From positions 98,137-162,136 of the forward strand of contig CAVTAJ010000013.1 in NCBI GenBank assembly GCA_963732675.1: 64,000 nt of DNA, in the 5' to 3' direction. The translations under genes were made by a program, and so were the position numbers. The first letter of the stretch is position 1. Every line of letters begins with the position of its first letter. The notes beneath the pieces are model-generated. The model did no database searches, had not been told where the DNA came from, and was given only the letters and a program-made list of their open reading frames with translations. This DNA comes from Nitrospirota bacterium (lineage in GTDB: Bacteria > Nitrospirota > UBA9217). Shown in pieces: positions 58,263 to 64,000 of this stretch.

Positions 58263-59456
58263 ATGAAAATATCAATAATGTCTTTTGTTCTCGTGATTGT
58301 GATTGCCGTCATACCTTATGGTTTGGAAGGAACGGTGTATGCGTTTCATGAAAGTGCAGATAGTTGTCCGGGTTGCCATAACTGGTCTGCTTCTTCAGGA
58401 ACATCATCGGGAACAGCAACCAGTGGTCAAATAATATCTTCGGGCGCAACAACAGTCGCAAGTCATCCCTATAATTTGATAGGCAGCGACCAGAGTTCTA
58501 CCTGCCTCAGATGCCATGCTGCACCATACAACCAGGTACTTTCGCAAGAACACTACGTCATGTCCATCATCACGAACATTACAAGTACTGCCATGCCGGC
58601 GGGGAGGACTCCGGGTGGAGACTTCGCCTGGACTAAGGTCGGCAACGCTGAAGTAAATCCTGCTTCGTTCCACGGGCACAACATTGTAGCTCTCGATTAT
58701 GGGCTCGAGGCCTCTGCTGATTATGTCGAAGCCCCGGGCGGTTCGTATCCTTCATCCAGCCTGGCATGCTCAAGCTGCCATGACCCGCACGGCACCGGTG
58801 TATCCTACAGACGACTGGGCGGGGTCGGTTATTCTTCGAAGAGCGCGCCGGACAAGGCATTTACCAAATCCGCCCCTATCGCGGTCGCTCCCTCGAAATA
58901 TAACAGGTCAGAAGCATCAACCGATACACGCGTGGCCTATGGGAAAGGAATGTCCGAATGGTGTAAGAATTGCCATCCCCTGGATCAATCGCATCCCTCT
59001 GGAGATTACTCAAAACTCACAAAGGATGTCGTGTCAAATTACAATACGTTTATCAATACCAATAACTATGCTGGTAAACAGGAGACCGCTTATACTTCCC
59101 TTGTTCCTTTTGAAGAAGGGACAGACGATATTGCAATCCTCTCCTCTCATGCGAAATACGACAATTCTCAGATGGGCGGGCCGAAGACGGGAAATGAGAA
59201 CGTGATGTGCCTCACCTGCCATAGGGCACATGCATCGGGCTGGCCCCACATATTTCGGTGGAACTCCAAAGGTTTTTATATGGTCGTAGATGGCGCATAT
59301 CCTGGTATCGATGCGGGCACTGAAGGCGGGAAAGACCCTCAAGTCAACCTCGGCTATACCCAGGCGCAAACACGTGCCGCATACTACGACCGGCCTGCGT
59401 CAAAGTATGCCTCAATGCAAAAAAGCCTCTGCAACAAATGCCACTTGAAAGACTGA
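58263..59456 (+). CDS. omcS: OmcS-family hexahaem c-type cytochrome (homologue of the nanowire-forming cytochrome)
   Basis: ATG at 58263 follows AGGGAGG. Signal peptide ...GTVYA|FHES. Six CxxCH motifs: CPGCH, CLRCH, CSSCH, CKNCH, CLTCH, CNKCH. Long collinear matches to G. sulfurreducens OmcS as I recall it: GHNIVA.DY...APGG.YP...CSSCHDPHG, YR.LGG.GY, AVAPS.YNR.EA.T.TRVAYG.GMSEWC.NCH, SL.PFEEGT.D, C.CHRAHASG, AAYY.R...K.....Q..LCNKCH.KD. Confidence 0.85.
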   Translation: MKISIMSFVLVIVIAVIPYGLEGTVYAFHESADSCPGCHNWSASSGTSSGTATSGQIISSGATTVASHPYNLIGSDQSSTCLRCHAAPYNQVLSQEHYVMSIITNITSTAMPAGRTPGGDFAWTKVGNAEVNPASFHGHNIVALDYGLEASADYVEAPGGSYPSSSLACSSCHDPHGTGVSYRRLGGVGYSSKSAPDKAFTKSAPIAVAPSKYNRSEASTDTRVAYGKGMSEWCKNCHPLDQSHPSGDYSKLTKDVVSNYNTFINTNNYAGKQETAYTSLVPFEEGTDDIAILSSHAKYDNSQMGGPKTGNENVMCLTCHRAHASGWPHIFRWNSKGFYMVVDGAYPGIDAGTEGGKDPQVNLGYTQAQTRAAYYDRPASKYASMQKSLCNKCHLKD

Positions 59457-59618
59457 TATAAGCAGAATAACAAATCAGGCTCTTGCAAAAGTCTTGCTGA
59501 ACTGTTTCAGTATCTCAAATATCCCGTTCGGTACGATATCCTAAAACAAGTTCAAAGTGACGGCAAAAGACGTTCGCAAGAGGCTCGACAGTACGAACGG
59601 GAATGTTCAAAGAAACCG

Positions 59619-60528
59619 CTATTTGAGCGGAGTGAACATCTGAATCCGGCTGTTGGCCCTGTCCGCGACAAAGAGATCTCCGTCCTTATTGACGCAGATC
59701 TGCGCGGGATATCGGACCGTGCCTTCCTTCCACCCCAGACTCAGCAACCTGTTCCGAAAGGTGCCGTCCTGTCCGATCGCGACGATACCGCCGCTGTTTT
59801 GATCGCTGATGAAAAGCATGCCCTTTTCATCCGCAACTATGTTCGAAGCAAACTTCAAATCTTCTTTCATTGTTCCGGTGATCGGGGCAAAGGCACTGGG
59901 GTCCTTGGCATTGGAATAAACCATCGCCTTGACGCCGTCAGTTAAGAAAACCGTCCCTTTCGAGTTGACGGCCAGGTCGGTAATAAATCCGTACTCCTTC
60001 GGGAAGTCGATCTGCCTCTGAAATTTTCCCGTCCGCATCGAGGACCAGCACCCTCCCTGCCAGGACATCGAGCAGATAGATGTTGTCACCGCCGTCAAGA
60101 TCGATGCCGGCCGGAACGACCATGCTCTCCGTCGGCCATCCCGCAAGTTCGACATATTGCTTAAAAGCGCCTTCAGGCGTGAGCCGGACAACCTTCCGTT
60201 GCCGCTCGTCGAGGACGAAAATGTCTCCTTTTGAATTGATCCTGACCCGTACAGGATAGACCACCTGCGGAAGTTTTATTTCTTTTCCGCCCTTGGGCTC
60301 CCCGTTCTGCAGTGTAAAGAGAACGAGCCTCCCGTTGCCGGTGTCGGCGACCACCAGACGATCATCTTTGCAGGCGATCCCTTCCGGCTGGTTCAAACCA
60401 TTCCCTTTTTCATCGGCATACGCCGAAAACGCATATTTGATTACTACCTGCTCCGCCCCGAATGCATGCAGCGGCAGCAGTAAAACGATCATCAGTACAA
60501 TCAAACGGCTCATTATCGTTCCTCGCAT
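59619..60528 (-). CDS. secreted NHL-repeat six-bladed beta-propeller protein; one frame change near 60028
   Basis: Signal peptide MSRLIVLMIVLLLPLHAFGA. Repeated blades: PEGIACKDDRLVVADTGNGRLVLF, VRINSKGDIFVLDERQRKVVRL, GIDLDGGDNIYLLDVLAGRVLVLD, LAVNSKGTVFLTD, IVADEKGMLFISDQNSGGIV, ICVNKDGDLFVADRANSRIQMF. Confidence 0.8.
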
Positions 60529-60532
60529 GTTC

Positions 60533-61887
60533 TTACCTCTTATATTCCACGTGGCATTGAGTACAAAGTTCGGACGTCGTCGGCGAACGGAAGCATATGC
60601 TTGAATTCCGTTCCGTGCGCCCGGTGACAGCTCAGGCACTGTACCGTCAGGTTCTTGTTTCTTTTATCGATGACCTTGTCACCGACCGGATGGGTCGAGT
60701 GTTTCATATAGTCGTGACACTGTGCCGCAGAGCTCGATGGTCGATCGGCTGGGTGAACAGCAGCACATTGTCGGAAGCATGGGGAGAATGGCAGACAATG
60801 CACTTCCCCTCCTTTATCGGTTCATGTTTCGTCATCGAATTTTCCTGGCGCTGGATCGTATCCGCATGGCATGTCCCGCAGAGCCGGACCGGAGGCGCCT
60901 TCAAGAGCGGCTGCTCTGCGGCGACGCATGAGGGTTGTGACAATTGAGGCAGCCGTCTTTCCCCATGACAGGCCAATGGAGGCGGTTTTTGGCGAACATT
61001 TCGTTGACCATCGTTGTTGTGGCATCCCCTGCACAATTCAAAGCCCTTTTTCTTCAGGGCGAGCGGATTGGGAGACGTCGGCGCTTTCATGGCACAGACT
61101 GCACGTCTTATTGGCAAAGGGCGGATGGGCCGTATTATAGATCATCCCGGCCTTGTCGGAGCCGTGCACGTTGTGACACATGGTGCAGCGGCTATTTGCC
61201 CACGGGATAATTCATCGTGCTGTTTGACGAAGAGGGGTTTATCGATCTGGTGGCATTCTTTGCAGAGCCCGGGCACCTCGTTTTTCAGCAGGGCCGCGGC
61301 CTTCGGGGAGCCATGCGGATTGTGGCAGTTGATGCACCCTTTCTCCACCGGGTCGTGCTTGAATTTGACCTTTGCAATCGCCTCCACCTTTTCTTTATGG
61401 CAGCCAAGCACAGTTCATTGCCGCCTTGCGCAGGTTGTTCTTGTTGTCCGAGGCGTGCGGGTCGTGGCACTGGACGCATTTGCCTTCGAGAGCGACCTTG
61501 TGCGTGCTGCGCGCGTCCTGCGGCAGGATCCTGGCATGGCACGTGAGGCAGATCCGTGCTCACCTCCGCCGACAACTGTTTCGGGATAATTCGCGCGCGT
61601 GCGGGCTGTGACACGGCGATACAGCCCGGTTTTTACAGGGCGTGTGGACCGAAGGGCTTTTTCAGCTTGTCCTCGAATTCCGCGTGGCACGTCAGGCAGA
61701 CCTTTTGCTGGGCGCCCGGTTTCAGCCTGAATTTACTCTCGGTACTTTCTTTGCTGACCGCTGTGTTCTTGTCGCCTTGGTTGTTTTCGTCCCCTTGCTT
61801 TGCCGTTTCGCCGCATCTGCCTGCGGCGCAACACAGAGGCACATCACCGAAAGGGCCAATATGACGCATATTGGTTCGTAATTTCAT
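60533..61887 (-). pseudogene. multihaem c-type cytochrome of about 450 aa with about 16 CxxCH in c7-like modules; the reading frame changes at least about 10 times as sequenced
   Basis: ATG at 61887 follows GAGGAG, 22 nt after the stop of the upstream cytochrome. CxxCH-bearing fragments lie in all three minus frames: CLTCH, CVQCH, CINCH, CKECH, CTMCH, CSLCH, CRGCH, CLNCH, CGTCH, CIVCH, CLSCH, CTQCH. Confidence 0.7.
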
Positions 61888-61909
61888 ACCATGCTCCTCT
61901 ATTTCGTTT

Positions 61910-63880
61910 TTACAAGATGTGACAGTCATCGCACGATCTGCCCGCAAAGGGGGCGATGCACGTGTTTTTTAAAGAATTTCGGGTCCTTCGACGCATGCGG
62001 GTCATGGCAGCTCTTGCAGTTCATGACAGACGCGTCAATGTAGATGTGGGCGCTTCTTGAACGAATCCCCTTTCACGTCGTGGCACTGAGCTGCAGAGAG
62101 CCAGGACGGCTGGCGAGCAGCCTTCTGCTGCGACGACATGTGGGCATGTGGCAGATCAGGCAATCGCCCGCTGCCGGCGGGTGCTTGTTTTCCTTGCCCA
62201 TCCGCTCCTTCAGTTCTTTGTGGCAGGCCAGGCACATATCGGGGGACTGCGCCAGCAGCAGTTTGGCGAGTTTCGTCTGATGGGGACTGTGGCACTTCGT
62301 GCACGAGACCGTCCTCGACAGGCTTATGCCTGTCCGCGGACGACTTGAGCGCTTACTCTGGTTGTATGGCAGCCAGACAGAGGACGCTCTGGTTCTTGAC
62401 GATCATGCCGTCATTGTTGCTGGCATGGGGGGTGTGGCAACCCATGCAGAGACCTTTTCCGAAGGGCGGATGGACGATATTGTCCTTCACCTCTTTCATG
62501 AGGTCGCCGTGGCACTGTGCGCAGAGTTTCGGTCCTGCGCCTTGAGCAGTTTTCCCTCGGTCTGAGCCGTGGCCGTTATGGCAGGAGAAGCACTGCGCCG
62601 TCCTGTACGGGTTTATGGACGGTTTTTTCACAAAGCCGGTCTCCGCGTCGTAATGGCACGAGTAGCAGACCTTGTCCATCCTGTCTTGGCCATCAGCGGG
62701 GCAAATTCGAACCGTGAGGGTTGTGGCACGTGGTGCACATCGCCTCGGCGAAAGGCGGATGGACGGTGCTTGAATTTCTGCGCCTCCTTTACTTTCTCAT
62801 GACAGGTGAAGCAGAGGCTCGCGCCTTTTGCAGTGAGCAGATGTTCGTTCTTGGCGGCATGCGGCGAATGGCAGGAGACGCCCTCCTGCTTCAACGGCCG
62901 GGTGGGGGAAAGCGACCTTTGTTCCTTTGTCCGCGTGACAGTCGAAGCACAGAGCTTATTGCCGCTTTTATCAGGAGCTTCGGGTTCTCCGAGGCATGGG
63001 GGTTATGACACTGGACGCACATCCCATCCTTGAAGGGCGTGTGCTCATGGTGCCGCCCGCCTTGAGATCGTCGCGCGCATGACACTGCTGCGCAAAGATC
63101 GCCGATGGCGCCTTCCTTCAACTGAAGGGCTTGCCCGTGTTCGGCGCGTTATGGCACATGTCGCAGCTCCCCGTAACGACCGGGTTATGCGCGCTCGCCT
63201 TCATGAGCTTCGGCTGGTCCGAGGAGTGGGGATTATGGCAGACCGTGCAGGATTTCGTCTTGAACGGGATAGTTGCCGTGCGCCTTCTTGAACGCGGAAC
63301 CGCCGCTGTCGTGGCAGGACAGGCAGAGGGGCGTCTCAGCCTTTACCAGGAGGTTCTTCTGGTCCGCGCTGTGGGAAAGGTGGCACGCGCCGCACCCCTT
63401 CGTATTCAGGACCGCGTGCATTGTTTTCTTTTCATAGTTCTCTTTCTTGTGGCACTGAAAGCACAGGGCCTTGCCTTCTGCCTTCAGCAGATGGTCCGTT
63501 TGAGAGGCATGCGGATTGTGGCAGTCCGTGCATTTTCCCGCCTTTCAGGGCGGTATGCACGTTCGGCTTCATGCCCATTTTGTCCTTCGTGTGACAGTCA
63601 GGCAGAGATCGTTCCCTATCTTCTTCAGGATCAGTTTGGCGACAAGGCCGTGCCGAAGATGGCAGCCTTCGCACTTCTTCTCCTTCACTACCGCATGAAC
63701 ATTTTTCATCCCCAGGTACTTGTCCGTGAATTTGGTGTGGCAGTCCAGACAATCCTTGCGGGCGAATTTTTTCCGCGCCGCCGAACCGGTCCCCGCGAAC
63801 AGGACAATGCAGCACAGGAGCAAAACCGCCCCGAGAACTCTGAGTCCATTGTTTGTTAGCACGATCCGCATCACAATCAC
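61910..63880 (-). pseudogene. multihaem c-type cytochrome of about 655 aa with about 25 CxxCH; the reading frame changes at least about 12 times as sequenced
   Basis: Signal peptide MIVMRIVLTNNGLRVLGAVLLLCCIVLFAGTGSAA, then CLDCH, CEGCH, CFQCH, CGACH, CLSCH, CTVCH, CDMCH, CVQCH, CFDCH, CFTCH, CTTCH, CYSCH, CFSCH, CAQCH, CMGCH, CTKCH, CLACH, CLICH, CKSCH and CDDCH, spread over overlapping ORF-track fragments in different frames. Confidence 0.7.
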
Positions 63881-63901
63881 CCCATAAATAATTTTGAATC
63901 G

Positions 63902-64000
63902 CTAATTCCCCGTTCCCGATAGGTAGACCTTAACGTCGCCGGCGGCTCTCAGCTTGTGGAACCAGTCATCTATGGCCTTTACGACATCGTCGTTTGAGAC
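63902..64000 (-). CDS. 3-prime end of an upstream gene in the cytochrome operon; the C-terminus is possibly SurA/PpiD-like chaperone/PPIase (weak)
   Basis: My reverse translation gives ...VSNDDVVKAIDDWFHKLRAAGDVKVYLSGTGN*. The ORF is open to the window edge. Confidence 0.4.
   Translation of the reverse strand, partial: VSNDDVVKAIDDWFHKLRAAGDVKVYLSGTGN

Noticed and set aside
60533-63880. Programmed ribosomal frameshifting or recoding as an explanation for the frame changes in the cytochrome genes.
   Set aside because: There are far too many events, in both directions. I saw no recurring slippery heptamer or downstream structure at the switch points. The same kind of disruption affects unrelated housekeeping genes.
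1-64000. tRNA, rRNA, tmRNA, transposase, integrase or prophage genes.
   Set aside because: Reading the intergenic regions and ORF translations, I saw no cloverleaf-like or rRNA-like segments and no DDE, tyrosine or serine recombinase motifs. A dedicated tRNA/ncRNA scan was not possible here.

Overview
64-kb chromosomal window from a moderately GC-rich Gram-negative bacterium. The gene content suggests an anaerobic, Geobacter/Desulfobacterota-like lineage, but that is inference only.

Gene layout:
- 1-19 kb: a DUF255 thioredoxin-fold gene, a CZB-domain gene, the his operon (hisC-B-H-A-F), a DUF853 ATPase, adk, rng, a fused radical-SAM gene and the rodA-mrdA-mreD-mreC-mreB morphogenesis block.
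- 19-38 kb: envelope, transport and housekeeping genes. These are RDD, SulP, a THUMP methyltransferase, ABC-F, an LTA-synthase-like enzyme, TPR, ppnP, an epimerase, a giant gluzincin-PD40-Omp85 protein, TerC, Yip1 and a P2-type ATPase.
- 39-45.4 kb: an ECF sigma/anti-sigma cluster with CBM48-like sensor domains and very Met-rich secreted proteins. A shared GTAAC-N16-CGTCT promoter motif drives it divergently.
- 46-53 kb: a wHTH/PD-(D/E)xK protein, ADP-forming acetyl-CoA synthetase, a NapH-like FeS protein, a pterin-binding methyltransferase and DUF2156.
- 53.5-64 kb: a sigma54 circuit next to an OmcS-type hexahaem cytochrome gene, an NHL propeller gene and two very large multihaem cytochrome genes. 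The circuit consists of a sensor kinase with a periplasmic CxxCH, an NtrC-type regulator, and a REC-PilZ gene behind a near-consensus -24/-12 promoter.

Two signals run across the whole window:
1. At least 13 hairpin elements are built from tandem heptad words. Each has a purine-rich 5-prime arm and a complementary pyrimidine-rich 3-prime arm. One copy lies in frame inside a coding sequence; one-armed heptad tracts also sit in frame in hisH and hisF.
2. Many reading frames, including essential genes, are broken by small indels. The density is extreme in the two multihaem cytochrome genes and zero in several long neighbouring genes.

I saw no rRNA, tRNA, CRISPR array, transposase or integrase. 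All homology calls come from reading the translations and from memory. Nothing was searched.
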